In this document: in pieces, positions 17,562-27,594 of the stretch | How positions within the stretch are numbered: position 1 is the first letter of the stretch | How the letters are laid out: each line of letters starts with the position of its first letter | Assembly (NCBI GenBank): GCA_964344975.1 | Contig: CAYFPK010000001.1 | Coordinates: forward strand, 15,485-79,484 | Origin: Candidatus Woesearchaeota archaeon | GTDB taxonomy: Archaea; Nanobdellota; Nanobdellia; SCGC-AAA011-G17; GW2011-AR18 | Reading direction: 5' to 3' | Length of the DNA: 64,000 nt | The notes under the pieces: generated by a model | What the model was told of the DNA's origin: nothing | Database searches by the model: none | The model's input: only the letters and a program-made list of their open reading frames with translations | Translations under genes and position numbers: made by a program

Positions 17562-18958
17562 AACTTCTCCAAAACAAAAAAGGACAAAGTGCAACAGGGG
17601 CACTGAGTACACCAATGCGTACAGCCGAAGGTGAAGGCCTCATACCCACACCGATAAGGAAATTCTTCCAATTTCTAACAAAGATCATTCTCGGCACAGG
17701 AAAATACGCCATCGGCGTAGTACTCATCGCATCATTTATATGGGGCATATTTTACATGTACGGCATACAACAAACAGGTCTAACAGGAACCGCAATCGAC
17801 CATGGGGCCGTCGCAGCAAAAGAGCAAGTACCAAAAGTAATAGAAGCAATAGGCTTACAAAACGCATATCAAACATTTTTCAACCCTGAAGCGTTAGTAA
17901 TAGGCTATGGTTTTGAATCAGATATCGAAGAAAACGAAAACAATGAAAAGCTAGGTGTAAGAATAACAGACCTACGACCTACGAACAAATTCTTTGAAGG
18001 CGACAGTATTGCTTTAGACGGAACAATTAAAGCGCAAAGCATCCGAGAGCCATTAACGATCCAAGTGTACTGTGAACTTGAAGACTTCAACAACGAGCAA
18101 AAAATTCCTGCACAAATAGCAAGCGCAGAAGCACAAGGGAATCAAATAACCTTATACCCAGGAACAGAAGAAACCATCCTGGCAAGTTGTTTATTTGAAA
18201 ACGCAGCAGAGTTTAGAGAGAACGAAGATGATAAAGTAATTACATCTCGTCAAGCAACTATGTCAGTAACCTACGACTTTCAAACGTTAGCCATGCACAA
18301 AACCTATTTTTTAAACCAAAAAGAAAGTAACGCACTCAAAAAACGTGGCCAAGATCCGTTTGACACCTACCAAATACAAGACCCGCAACTCAACTACGAC
18401 AACACGATAAGGTCCCGTGCAACAGCAGGCCCACTCAAGGTAGCCATTGGTACGGTACAAAGTCAACCGTTCACCCAAAACCAACCTGCAGCGTTCGCCG
18501 TAACCATAGCAAACAACCCGCAATACGGCGGCAACGTAAAAACGCTGCAACAAATCACGCTACACACACCACCAAACACCATCCTGGAAAGCGACCCTGA
18601 ATACGGATCACAAGCATTGATCGATCAGTGTGCCTTTGAAACAACCGGTGAAGTGGACCAGGAAGGATTCAAAGTGTACAGCGTCAAAGACAGTGAACTT
18701 GACCAAGTAAACCAAGACTGTAAAGATATCACCTTAGCAACAGCACACTTAACCACAGAACAATGCATCAAGTTTTACAAAGGCGAGATGAATTTTAGAT
18801 GTAAATTTAAAGCAACCGAAGTCCCTGAAGAAGGTTTATTCTACGACATCATCCGTGCAGATGCAGAATATATTTATGAGACAAAGAAAAGTAAAGTAAT
18901 AACGATTCTCAGACTTCCAGAATCCGGCGTCACGCAGAGAGGTGCAGCTTTTGCATAA
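17558..18958 (+). CDS. membrane-anchored extracytoplasmic protein
   Basis: ATGA-coupled to the upstream gene. TM at about residues 45-67 (YAIGVVLIASFIWGIFYMYG), then a ~400 aa domain with Cys pairs. Confidence 0.45.
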   Translation: MKLLQNKKGQSATGALSTPMRTAEGEGLIPTPIRKFFQFLTKIILGTGKYAIGVVLIASFIWGIFYMYGIQQTGLTGTAIDHGAVAAKEQVPKVIEAIGLQNAYQTFFNPEALVIGYGFESDIEENENNEKLGVRITDLRPTNKFFEGDSIALDGTIKAQSIREPLTIQVYCELEDFNNEQKIPAQIASAEAQGNQITLYPGTEETILASCLFENAAEFRENEDDKVITSRQATMSVTYDFQTLAMHKTYFLNQKESNALKKRGQDPFDTYQIQDPQLNYDNTIRSRATAGPLKVAIGTVQSQPFTQNQPAAFAVTIANNPQYGGNVKTLQQITLHTPPNTILESDPEYGSQALIDQCAFETTGEVDQEGFKVYSVKDSELDQVNQDCKDITLATAHLTTEQCIKFYKGEMNFRCKFKATEVPEEGLFYDIIRADAEYIYETKKSKVITILRLPESGVTQRGAAFA

Positions 18959-18989
18959 CATTTTTAAAAACAAAAAACAACAACCAAGT

Positions 18990-19853
18990 ATGAAAATCTA
19001 CCTGCTCTTGACACTAGTCTTTCTCACCGCATGTACAGGCGCACAGACAAGCTCCGGGCAAGACATCAAAATAGAATTCACAGAAATTCCAACAAGCGAT
19101 TTGTATAACAACGACATTTTCAACGTGGGCATACAAATAACTAACAATGGTAACAGTCCAGTGCAAGGACAAGTATGTACAAGAGACTCTGTAAGCAATT
19201 ATTACGAAGGTATCCCCGACGGTATCTGCGAAGGGGTAAGTTTGCAAGCAGCAGAACGATTCCAAGACGCAAGAGAACCTGAAGTACACCAAACAAATTT
19301 TGGACCATTCAAATACACAAAACTAGATCCAAACCATAAACTGACATCAACAATCACCGCCGTGTTTAGGTACGACGTGCAAACAAGCGCAGCAACAGAG
19401 ATGTGCGTAAAACACCCAGCAGCAGACACAACCGACATCCCGTGCCAAAAAGAAGAAAATATACAACCAAGCCAGCAAAGCGAAACACCTCTGCAAGTAA
19501 CCAACATTAAAAAAACAACACGTAGAGTCGGCCAAGACGAAATTAATGTGGTTCTAGATATCACAGTAGAAGTCACTGAAGATGGCACAGTCATTTCAGA
19601 CATAAACAACCCGCTCGGCCAAGACATCCCAGAAGTAGAATACGAAGTAATCTATGACAACCAAAACATCGTATGTAGTAACGCACCGACAGGTACCATT
19701 GAGTGGAGAAAAGATAGAAACAAAAAAATGTTACACTGTCAACAACAAATGGCACTTAATCAAGAATTTCTTAACGCTCCACTAGAAGTAAAGTTAGCCT
19801 ACGCATTTGAGAAAAGAATTTCATCAGGTTCAATTGATTTAGTCACCACATAA
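18990..19853 (+). CDS. putative lipoprotein (longest ORF starts 18942)
   Basis: MKIYLLLTLVFLTAC|TGAQ is a lipobox-like signal. tttttaaaaa TATA-like element 22 nt upstream of ATG 18990. Confidence 0.45.
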   Translation: MKIYLLLTLVFLTACTGAQTSSGQDIKIEFTEIPTSDLYNNDIFNVGIQITNNGNSPVQGQVCTRDSVSNYYEGIPDGICEGVSLQAAERFQDAREPEVHQTNFGPFKYTKLDPNHKLTSTITAVFRYDVQTSAATEMCVKHPAADTTDIPCQKEENIQPSQQSETPLQVTNIKKTTRRVGQDEINVVLDITVEVTEDGTVISDINNPLGQDIPEVEYEVIYDNQNIVCSNAPTGTIEWRKDRNKKMLHCQQQMALNQEFLNAPLEVKLAYAFEKRISSGSIDLVTT

Positions 19854-19899
19854 TTCTAAAAAAACGAAAGGTATTTGCGAAAAAAAGTAACAAACACAT

Positions 19900-20130
19900 A
19901 TGAACAAAGAACATAAAGTTCTAATAATGAAAAAAGAGACAATAAAAACGCTTGCAAATGTTACAACGGCATTCACAACATGTATTGGCATAGGGTTAGC
20001 AAATGCATACTACATCAAAGAAATAAAAGAAATAAGTAACTACAGTATGACAATAATTGGAATAATTTATATATTAGCAATAATAGGTATTATTGCAATA
20101 ACAATAAGGGAAATACACGATGGACTTTAG
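19900..20130 (+). CDS. small hydrophobic protein
   Basis: 76 aa with two hydrophobic segments. Weak call. Confidence 0.25.
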   Translation: MNKEHKVLIMKKETIKTLANVTTAFTTCIGIGLANAYYIKEIKEISNYSMTIIGIIYILAIIGIIAITIREIHDGL

Positions 20131-20264
20131 AAAAATAAAAGCAGAAATTAAGAGATACTGGTTATATGTCGCAGTTGCGACTCTTGTTTTCCTTTTATTT
20201 TATCTAAGCTTACGGTAGAGAGATAAAAACCTTTAAAAACAAGCAAATACAAAAAACCACTAGA

Positions 20265-21209
20265 ATGAAAAGAGGCCTCATAATTCTCAGCATAGCAATG
20301 ATACTCCTTATAGCTGGCTGTCAAGGAAAAACAGAGACCACAACAGGCTTTGGCGCATTTTTAGGCGGCACAGACGGACTTATATTCAGCTTCGTGCAAG
20401 ACGAACCACCACTAACGGTACTCGACGATAACAACGAACCATTTTTCATTACCTTAGAGCTAGAAAACGCAGGAGAGTATCCTCTCCAAGAAAACGAAAT
20501 CCTCACAACATTATCCGGCATATCCTACGACGCGTTTGATATAGAAAAGGCGTCACTAACAAACGCAAACGCATTAGAAAAAGGGTACCTTAACAAACAA
20601 ACCGGCGAAATCGTGCAAGGTGGCGTTGATCAAATCACCTACGAGGCAGTCTACAAAGACGACTTAGAATACGACTTACCATTCACGATTGCAGCAAACG
20701 TGTGTTACCAATACCAGACCCAAGCAGTCGCACAAACCTGTTTATCAAAGCAACCGACACGACGCAGCCAACCGACTGACGTATGTATCATCACTGAAGA
20801 AAAGATTGTAGGCAACTCCGGCGGACCACTGCAAGTAACGTCATTTAGTGAGCGAACATCTGGCCAAAACGAAGTGACAATAACTTTCAAGGTAGAAAAT
20901 GTAAACCTGGGTGAAAGTTACCCACAAGATTATTTAGCACAAAAAGATGACTGTATCGCTGATGATAAGCTAAGAAACCAAGTGCACATCGCTGTAGCAA
21001 GCCCACAATCAATCCAAATTAACTGTCCAAAGTTAGGCGGCACAGCAGGCAACGTACGTTTAATCAACGGCCAAACAACTGTAACCTGTCGCATGGGCAC
21101 AGCAAACTTAGCTGAAGCAACACCATTCGCCGGCGCAATGGACATCAAGTTAGATTACGTCTACAAAGACTACATTACAACTGAACTTATCGTTGAAAAC
21201 GCTCTTTAG
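20265..21209 (+). CDS. putative lipoprotein
   Basis: [19 protein letters not shown]|QGK lipobox signal. tttaaaaa TATA-like element about 27 nt upstream. Confidence 0.5.
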   Translation: MKRGLIILSIAMILLIAGCQGKTETTTGFGAFLGGTDGLIFSFVQDEPPLTVLDDNNEPFFITLELENAGEYPLQENEILTTLSGISYDAFDIEKASLTNANALEKGYLNKQTGEIVQGGVDQITYEAVYKDDLEYDLPFTIAANVCYQYQTQAVAQTCLSKQPTRRSQPTDVCIITEEKIVGNSGGPLQVTSFSERTSGQNEVTITFKVENVNLGESYPQDYLAQKDDCIADDKLRNQVHIAVASPQSIQINCPKLGGTAGNVRLINGQTTVTCRMGTANLAEATPFAGAMDIKLDYVYKDYITTELIVENAL

Positions 21210-22170
21210 AAAACTATTTTTAAGCACCTGTATACTCCTTCTGCTAAGTGGATGTACAATAAGTAACGAGACTATGGGAGAAAAAACAGCGATATTTGCA
21301 GGCGGCTGCTTTTGGTGCGTTGAAGCTGCCTTTGAAAAGGTAGACGGTGTTACAAAAGTCATTGCAGGCTACTCTGGAGGTACAGAGCAAAACCCTACAT
21401 ACAAAGATAACAAAGACCACAAAGAAGTAGTACAAATCCATTACGATCCAAAAAAAGTAAGCTACAAAGAGTTAGTTGACATATTCTGGAAACAAATTAA
21501 TCCAACAGACGACACAGGGCAATTTAGCGATAAAGGTCCACAATACACCACAGCGATTTATTACACAACACAAGAAGAAAAACACATAGCAGAACAATCA
21601 AAAGAGCAAGTCAGCAGCCGTTACGATAAACCTATGGTAACACCAATCCTTCCAGCAACAACCTTTTACAAAGCTGAAGAATACCATCAAGATTATTATA
21701 AAAAAAATCCAATACGATACAAAACATACAGATATTTCTCCGGCCGCGACCAATACTTAAAAAAAATCTGGGAGAAGCAAGAGCTCACAGAATTACAGTA
21801 TAAAGTCATAAAAGAGGACGGCACAGAACCAGCGTTTGACAACGAATACTGGGACAACAAAGAAGAAGGGATCTATGTGGACAGAATTTCTGGTACACCT
21901 TTATTCTCTTCTAAAGATAAATTTGACTCAGGCACCGGCTGGCCAAGCTTCACCAAACCAATTGATGAAGACAACATTATAGAGAAAAAAGATTACAAAC
22001 TCATCATCCCACGAACAGAGGTACGAAGCACCTCAGGCCACTTAGGCCACGTGTTTAACGACGGACCGACAGGGAAGAGATATTGTATAAACTCAGCAAG
22101 TCTAAGGTTTATTGCAAAGCAGGATCTAAAAGAACAAGGGTATGAAGAATACGAAAAAGAATTTAGCTAA
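21193..22170 (+). CDS. msrAB: bifunctional peptide methionine sulfoxide reductase MsrA-MsrB with lipoprotein signal
   Basis: Signal LLLLSGC, MsrA active site [11 protein letters not shown], and MsrB zinc/active-site region GTGWPSF...[19 protein letters not shown] with a CxxC-type pair. Confidence 0.8.
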   Translation: MKTLFRKLFLSTCILLLLSGCTISNETMGEKTAIFAGGCFWCVEAAFEKVDGVTKVIAGYSGGTEQNPTYKDNKDHKEVVQIHYDPKKVSYKELVDIFWKQINPTDDTGQFSDKGPQYTTAIYYTTQEEKHIAEQSKEQVSSRYDKPMVTPILPATTFYKAEEYHQDYYKKNPIRYKTYRYFSGRDQYLKKIWEKQELTELQYKVIKEDGTEPAFDNEYWDNKEEGIYVDRISGTPLFSSKDKFDSGTGWPSFTKPIDEDNIIEKKDYKLIIPRTEVRSTSGHLGHVFNDGPTGKRYCINSASLRFIAKQDLKEQGYEEYEKEFS

Positions 22171-22940
22171 CCGATATATGGCGCAAGCTCTTCAAACAAC
22201 TCTCGACCTTTTTCAGCTTGATATTCAGTTAGCTGAGAAATCTTTTCAGAAATTTCCTTCTCCACTTGCGCAACATCAGAATCTAACTGCTTTAAACGCA
22301 GCCTAAAATTAAATTGTTGTTTTAAAAGCGATAGAATCTTTCGCGCTCCACCTAAACCTAAGTAGGTCGGATCAGCAAACGTTTCAGCAAGCACACAGAC
22401 ACCCTTCACGTTATAATGCAGCGCAAGACCAACTAACAACCCAGAAACTCCAATGATCGGCCCGGTTGCAACTGAACCGTAGGTAACTAAAGAGCTAGGT
22501 AAAGATTTTAATGTTTTAACATCAGTAGCAACAGCAAACAGTTGAGGATCAACAGGAACATCATCTAGCGCATACCCACCAAGCGTAACGATTAACGAAC
22601 CACCTAGTGAAGAAAACAATGCCAACAATTCATGAGAAACTGAGTACGAGGCAGCTGAATCACTAGGTTGCACATCACCAGATAAAAATAAATAATCTAC
22701 ACCTTTCACTTTTTTATGAAAGATTTCCCATACAGGCACACTGGCAACCCCTTTTTCTGAGACAAACGCACAATTGGCAAACGAACAAGAAGTAATAGTA
22801 TACAACTTGGTCGCCTTTAAATCATCAATAACAAAATCTACAGCAATCTTACCAACATTGCCAGCACCAGGCAAACCTTCTATTAAAATCGGTTTAGAAA
22901 GCTTAACTTTCTTATGCGTAAAAAGGCGCCAATCGTTCAT
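22167..22940 (-). CDS. PAC2-family protein (proteasome assembly chaperone-like, COG1938)
   Basis: [25 protein letters not shown] is the PAC2 family signature. It holds the conserved archaeal position after Nop10. Confidence 0.65.
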   Translation of the reverse strand: MNDWRLFTHKKVKLSKPILIEGLPGAGNVGKIAVDFVIDDLKATKLYTITSCSFANCAFVSEKGVASVPVWEIFHKKVKGVDYLFLSGDVQPSDSAASYSVSHELLALFSSLGGSLIVTLGGYALDDVPVDPQLFAVATDVKTLKSLPSSLVTYGSVATGPIIGVSGLLVGLALHYNVKGVCVLAETFADPTYLGLGGARKILSLLKQQFNFRLRLKQLDSDVAQVEKEISEKISQLTEYQAEKGRELFEELAPYIG

Positions 22941-22964
22941 AACAACATTAAGTAAGAGCTGCTT

Positions 22965-23117
22965 TTAAAGATACCGACGCTTATACGCACGCCGGTACTT
23001 ACCGTACGCATCACCGACAGACCATTTAGCAGGCTTACAACTCACCGCCTTGCCACAACAAGAAGTCAAAACATACGAAGAACATTTCTGACACTGTAAA
23101 ATTTCAACTTGTGCCAC
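22965..23117 (-). CDS. nop10: H/ACA ribonucleoprotein subunit Nop10 (50 aa; not in the ORF track)
   Basis: Minus-strand translation: (V/M)AQVEILQCQKCSSYVLTSCCGKAVSCKPAKWSVGDAYGKYRRAYKRRYL*. Zn-ribbon plus the PxxFSPxDxYGxYRR-like tail of archaeal Nop10. Apparent GTG start at 23117, so the start is uncertain. Confidence 0.6.
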   Translation of the reverse strand: MAQVEILQCQKCSSYVLTSCCGKAVSCKPAKWSVGDAYGKYRRAYKRRYL

Positions 23118-23877
23118 GAACAAACTCCACGCTACCAGAAAAAGAATCAGTCACATAGTCAACAACATCTAACAAAGCTGCTTCACCAGTTTTATAATCA
23201 GACGCAACTAAACTCACTTTATATTTTGGCGCGCTGACATACGTGATAGAGCAATCAAACTTTTTAGCTGCAGCAACTAAAACTGAACGAATTTGCGCAA
23301 CACCGTCCGGTGCAAGAGAATGTAAATGTAAATGGCCAACTAAGGTGACTGAAGGCGCAGAGATTTTAGAAGTAATAATAGTGTACACATCATCAAGCTG
23401 TTTACCACTAAGACCAACAGAAGTTAACACTTCTTTACCATCAACAACAACAGCTTCAAAAAATGGCGTTAAACGTCCATATTCAGCAAGCGCAGCAGAG
23501 CCAAACAACTTGTACACAGAAGGTAAATCTTTACCTAACTTTTTCCCGATAAACCCAAGTAATTTTTCAGCCTTATCATCTTGCTTAACTTCATGCAACT
23601 TTTTGACACGTAAGCCAGTACCAACACGACGTAAAGATAAATCAATGTGCCCTTTTTTCTGATCAATTTTAAGCACTTTACACACGACACGTTTATCTTC
23701 TTTAACATAATCGCGAATGTTACGAATACGCCCAGGCGCAATTTCAGAAATATGAATAAGACCGTCTAAACGTTCAAACTCTTCAAGACGTGCAAAGACC
23801 GCATGCGGCAACACTTTGGTAACACGACACAACACAAGTTCACTCACATCAGGATATCCCTTGCGTTTATAATGCAT
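23104..23877 (-). CDS. eif2a: translation initiation factor 2 alpha subunit (aIF2-alpha)
   Basis: S1 domain (GYPDVSELVLCRVTKVLPHAVFARLEE...GLIHISEIAPGRIRNIRDYV), then helical and alpha-beta domains. Confidence 0.8.
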   Translation of the reverse strand: MHYKRKGYPDVSELVLCRVTKVLPHAVFARLEEFERLDGLIHISEIAPGRIRNIRDYVKEDKRVVCKVLKIDQKKGHIDLSLRRVGTGLRVKKLHEVKQDDKAEKLLGFIGKKLGKDLPSVYKLFGSAALAEYGRLTPFFEAVVVDGKEVLTSVGLSGKQLDDVYTIITSKISAPSVTLVGHLHLHSLAPDGVAQIRSVLVAAAKKFDCSITYVSAPKYKVSLVASDYKTGEAALLDVVDYVTDSFSGSVEFVRGTS

Positions 23878-23880
23878 TTT

Positions 23881-24051
23881 TTACAACACCTTGCCAAGAA
23901 TTTTTGCTTTACCGCCACGGGGTACAGCTAAAGGCTCACCACACACAAGACAAGCAACTGATGTTGAAGCATGAGAAAAAAGCGTTTGCTCATTTTTACA
24001 CTTCGCACAGCCAACTTTGATAAAATCACTGGTTGTTCGTTTAACACGCAT
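23881..24051 (-). CDS. rps27e: ribosomal protein S27e (56 aa; not in the ORF track)
   Basis: Minus-strand translation: MRVKRTTSDFIKVGCAKCKNEQTLFSHASTSVACLVCGEPLAVPRGGKAKILGKVL*. C4 zinc ribbon of eS27. Confidence 0.7.
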   Translation of the reverse strand: MRVKRTTSDFIKVGCAKCKNEQTLFSHASTSVACLVCGEPLAVPRGGKAKILGKVL

Positions 24052-24053
24052 CG

Positions 24054-24380
24054 TTATACCATCTCCACCTTTTTCGCGCGAATACCGCGCCTTTGCTGTG
24101 TCGCTTTTTTACAGACACTGCAACGGTATCGTGACGTTGTTTTTTTAGAAATTTTAGCACCGGTTCGTTTAAAGCCAGAAATAGCTTTTTTAGAAAATCG
24201 TCCTTGCGACCCAAAACCGGTATGTTTACCTCGCGCTTGGGTACGCTGTTTGGACCCCCGTGACAGCGGTCCACGCTTACCAGCACTCTTATACTGGTCC
24301 ACTTTTTGCTCTGTGGACTTGTTACACTTCGGGCAAAACCGTTTCATAGTTTTAGGAATTTTCATCACTGGTGGGCACAC
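24054..24380 (-). CDS. rpl44e: ribosomal protein L44e
   Basis: MKIPKTMKRFCPKCNKSTEQKV...RYRCSVCKKA is the eL42/L44e zinc-ribbon pattern. Confidence 0.8.
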   Translation of the reverse strand: MCPPVMKIPKTMKRFCPKCNKSTEQKVDQYKSAGKRGPLSRGSKQRTQARGKHTGFGSQGRFSKKAISGFKRTGAKISKKTTSRYRCSVCKKATQQRRGIRAKKVEMV

Positions 24381-24517
24381 AAAAGCACTATTAAAGCTTT
24401 TGGAACAAAACAGGATAAATCAAAAGCGAAAATCTGGACAAATCAGCGAGTGTAGAGCCAAATAACAAGATATTTAAGGATGCAGACCTAGTAAGAGAGT
24501 ACTGTCTAGGGACGAAA

Positions 24518-25273
24518 ATGGAAAGAGGACTTGAATATCTGTTGGCTGGCGCATTAGCGTTGACAGCCTGTGTTGATCCAGTAAATGACGACGATAGCTA
24601 CAATGATGATGATGTCGTCAATGACGATGATATGGTAAACGATGACGATATCACAGCAAACGACGACGATGTTAGTAACGATGATGATACCACACCGACA
24701 AATAATGCACCCTACGCTGAAATTGCATCCCCTGAGACTGGGTCAGAAGTAATCCAAGGCATCGAAGTATTTTTTGATGCGTGTACGTCCTACGATAAAG
24801 ACGGCGATAGTTTAAGCTACCACTGGTTTTTCGGTGACAGCAACACGTTGACCTTACAAGATGATTGTCTAGCAAGCCACGTCTATACAGCAGAACCTGG
24901 TTTGAAAGAAGTCGTGCTGCGTGTAGAAGATGAACATGGCGCCTACGATGAAGATACAATTGAACTCACCTTAAATGAGGACGTAAAAGAAAATCAACCA
25001 CCAGTGGCGATTGCGGGTGGACCGTATGAAGTTGATTTAAGTGTTTCACCATATCTAGTAGTAGATTTTTCAGAAGGTGGTACAGGGTCCTACGATCCTG
25101 ACGGAGAAATAGTTAATTATCATGTAAATTGGGGAAATAATGGAACAAATACCAATTCATCTGGTTCAATGGTACATCAATATCCAGCAATTGGAGAGTA
25201 TACTCTCACGCTAACAGTTGAAGACAACCAAGGAAGTGAAGATACAAACACTACAACAGTCACAGTATACTAA
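24518..25273 (+). CDS. lipoprotein with an NDDD tandem-repeat linker and two PKD-like domains
   Basis: Signal/lipobox LAGALALTAC. Then (V/M)NDDD repeated about 6 times (15-nt tandem repeats at ~24583..24690). Two PKD-like modules (SYDKDGDSLSYHWFFGDS...LRVEDEHG and SYDPDGEIVNYHVNWGNN...LTVEDNQG). The coding strand is G/T-rich, unlike other plus-strand genes. Confidence 0.6.
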   Translation: MERGLEYLLAGALALTACVDPVNDDDSYNDDDVVNDDDMVNDDDITANDDDVSNDDDTTPTNNAPYAEIASPETGSEVIQGIEVFFDACTSYDKDGDSLSYHWFFGDSNTLTLQDDCLASHVYTAEPGLKEVVLRVEDEHGAYDEDTIELTLNEDVKENQPPVAIAGGPYEVDLSVSPYLVVDFSEGGTGSYDPDGEIVNYHVNWGNNGTNTNSSGSMVHQYPAIGEYTLTLTVEDNQGSEDTNTTTVTVY

Positions 25274-25929
25274 TAATCAATAAAGACTTCTACATCATCA
25301 CCATCATACGAAAAAGACCCAGTAGCACTGGGATCTTCCGCCAAATTTTCTCTCAAAAAACCCGCAGGAACCTCTACCCCTTCAATTTGAATTTCAAGAA
25401 GATCCCAACTAGTATCTTCAAGATCAAGTGCAACTTGATTCGATTCATCATCATAATTTACCAAAGGAACCTCAACAGATTCTTCTAAGATTTGTCCCCC
25501 CACATCAAGTGCAATTGTTCCCACTGAACCAGTAGAAAGAGAAGCAACAGTTAATTGGACAACTTCTTCACCCGTTAAAGATTCTCCAGATAAAGTAATA
25601 GTCTTCCCATTAGATAAAAAATTCTGAATATAAATCACACCAGTATTCGGATCTTGATAAATTTGATAGAAGCCATAGTTAGGATCAACGGTACCTGAAT
25701 ACGCTGAAAATGTCGTCCCAAAGTTATCTAACTCTACAGCAACATCAGTCCCATCATAAATAGCCTTGTTAATCACCACATCTTGCTCATACGCAAAATT
25801 ATCATTCAACTCTTCAAAATTCTCAATCTCCACCATCGACCATGCAGAATTATACGTAGCAGTCATCAAAAACAGAAAAAAGATTATCACAATCGCAAAT
25901 ACTAAAAAGAATTGACCTTTTTTATGCAT
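25270..25929 (-). CDS. secreted/membrane-anchored protein (longest ORF extends to 26010)
   Basis: MHKKGQFFLVFAIVIIFFLFLMTATYNSAWS looks like a signal anchor. A tatataaa element lies ~23 nt upstream of ATG 25929 (on the minus strand). Confidence 0.4.
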   Translation of the reverse strand: MHKKGQFFLVFAIVIIFFLFLMTATYNSAWSMVEIENFEELNDNFAYEQDVVINKAIYDGTDVAVELDNFGTTFSAYSGTVDPNYGFYQIYQDPNTGVIYIQNFLSNGKTITLSGESLTGEEVVQLTVASLSTGSVGTIALDVGGQILEESVEVPLVNYDDESNQVALDLEDTSWDLLEIQIEGVEVPAGFLRENLAEDPSATGSFSYDGDDVEVFIDY

Positions 25930-25951
25930 ACACAAACTAAGAAATAACAAT

Positions 25952-26680
25952 TTATATACATTCCGAAAATGCAACAACAGGGTTATGATCCGAAACAGAC
26001 GAAGAGACACATTCTACATCCTTCAAAAGAAACTTTTTCTTATGAACAAGGATATAATCTAAAGTAACGGGCTCAGAATCATGAGAATGATTCGTTGGAT
26101 AAAAAGAAAAATATGGTTTAAGTTGATAAGAGATATGATAATCCTCCCCAGCAAGGTCAATCAAATCTGAAACAATGCTTAGATTAAAATCACCAGCAAT
26201 AATCGGCGTAAGACCCCGCTCTGCACACCAGGCAAGAGTCTGTCGTAGATGTTGTCTTGCTCCAGCATCAGTATTCTCAAAATGAACATTAAGTACATCA
26301 AGATCCCCCTTTGGTGTTACAATTTTCAAATACAAGAAGCCAAATTTTTTTTGTTTCTCACAAGCTGGTAAAAAAACCATTTCTTTTTTGAGAAGAGGAA
26401 ATTTACAAAGAAAGCCCAGGCCAAAAAACATTTCTTTCAAAAGAGGCTTTCCATGCCAGTGAGTCATTTTCATCATTTTAGAAAAAGCACATGCAGGGTA
26501 GTCAAGATGTTCATTAATTTCTGTCACTTGATCAGAAAAAGTACGCTCAGAGTCAAAAGCAACCTCCTGCAAAAAAACAAGATCAGCGTCTTGCTCTTCA
26601 AGAAAAGAAAGTAACTCTTCTTTACGTTTCTCCCACTCATAATATCTCCACACATTGAGGGTTAAAATTTTAAGTTGCAT
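25952..26680 (-). CDS. endonuclease/exonuclease/phosphatase (EEP) family protein
   Basis: LKILTLNVW..., ...DLVFLQEV..., ...IIAGDFN..., ...SDHNPV are EEP catalytic motifs. Confidence 0.6.
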   Translation of the reverse strand: MQLKILTLNVWRYYEWEKRKEELLSFLEEQDADLVFLQEVAFDSERTFSDQVTEINEHLDYPACAFSKMMKMTHWHGKPLLKEMFFGLGFLCKFPLLKKEMVFLPACEKQKKFGFLYLKIVTPKGDLDVLNVHFENTDAGARQHLRQTLAWCAERGLTPIIAGDFNLSIVSDLIDLAGEDYHISYQLKPYFSFYPTNHSHDSEPVTLDYILVHKKKFLLKDVECVSSSVSDHNPVVAFSECI

Positions 26681-26817
26681 TTAGCCAAATTCCTCATAGA
26701 TTATTTTTTCCCTAACACTTTCATCTTTATAGACTTTCCCCTAAACTCCTTCAGACAACTTAACAAAGTGTTTTTTCCAGATAAAAGGAAGAGTATGCGT
26801 GACAAGGAAAAAATAGT

Positions 26818-27513
26818 TTAAACTAAATGTTGAACAACATGACAAACAATAGCAAACGAATTGTGAGCTACTGTTGATTTAAACGTATTATAATCTGCTA
26901 CAGCAGAACCATCAGCCTTATCAGAAACTGTACGGATAACAACATGAGGTACCTCATTCATAACACAAACTTGCGCAACAGCGGCACCTTCCATTTCGAT
27001 ACAATCTCCCGCAAGTTCCTCAGTTAAATAAGTATGTTGTTCTTTATCAGCTTGAGTAAAAAACTGATCACCAGTCAAAATTCTTCCTACAGCAATTTTA
27101 TGATTTTCTAAAGGCGCTTTTGCCGCCAATGCAACAAGAGCTTTCTCCGCTTCAAAGAACCTGTAATCCGTATATGAAATCTGGCCACGTTTAAAACCAA
27201 GAGGTTGTGCATCAAAGTCATGATGAACAGTATCTTGCCCAACGATAACATCACCAATATCTAAGTCTTTGTTTAGCGAACCACCAACACCAGTGAAAAG
27301 AATTTGAGTAGTGTGAAAACGATCAATAAGGTGTTGACAGATCATCGCTGCAAAGACTTTTCCTACACCAGATTTAACTAATACAACTTCTTTATCATAG
27401 AGTTGACCTTCATAAAAAGTAAAGATTTTCCATTCAGTCTTCTGAAGGTTTTCAATCTTATCAAGGTACATGGCAATTTCATCATCCATGGCCCCTATAA
27501 TACCCAGTTTCAT
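26818..27513 (-). CDS. mtnN: 5'-methylthioadenosine/S-adenosylhomocysteine nucleosidase (MtnN/Pfs)
   Basis: MKLGIIGAMDDEI..., ...VKSGVGKVFAAM..., ...IEMEGAAVAQVC... are Pfs-family signatures. Confidence 0.7.
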   Translation of the reverse strand: MKLGIIGAMDDEIAMYLDKIENLQKTEWKIFTFYEGQLYDKEVVLVKSGVGKVFAAMICQHLIDRFHTTQILFTGVGGSLNKDLDIGDVIVGQDTVHHDFDAQPLGFKRGQISYTDYRFFEAEKALVALAAKAPLENHKIAVGRILTGDQFFTQADKEQHTYLTEELAGDCIEMEGAAVAQVCVMNEVPHVVIRTVSDKADGSAVADYNTFKSTVAHNSFAIVCHVVQHLV

Positions 27514-27594
27514 GACATTGGTGAGCGCAAAAGGTTTATAAGTTCGAAGGATAGGAAAGCAGACACTATAAAAAGATTATATACGTTTGCAAAC

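Noticed and set aside
23971-24465. 164 aa plus-strand ORF (and 23243..23662) overlapping L44e/S27e/eIF2alpha
   Set aside because: Opposite strand to a conserved ribosomal/eIF2 cluster. No motifs.
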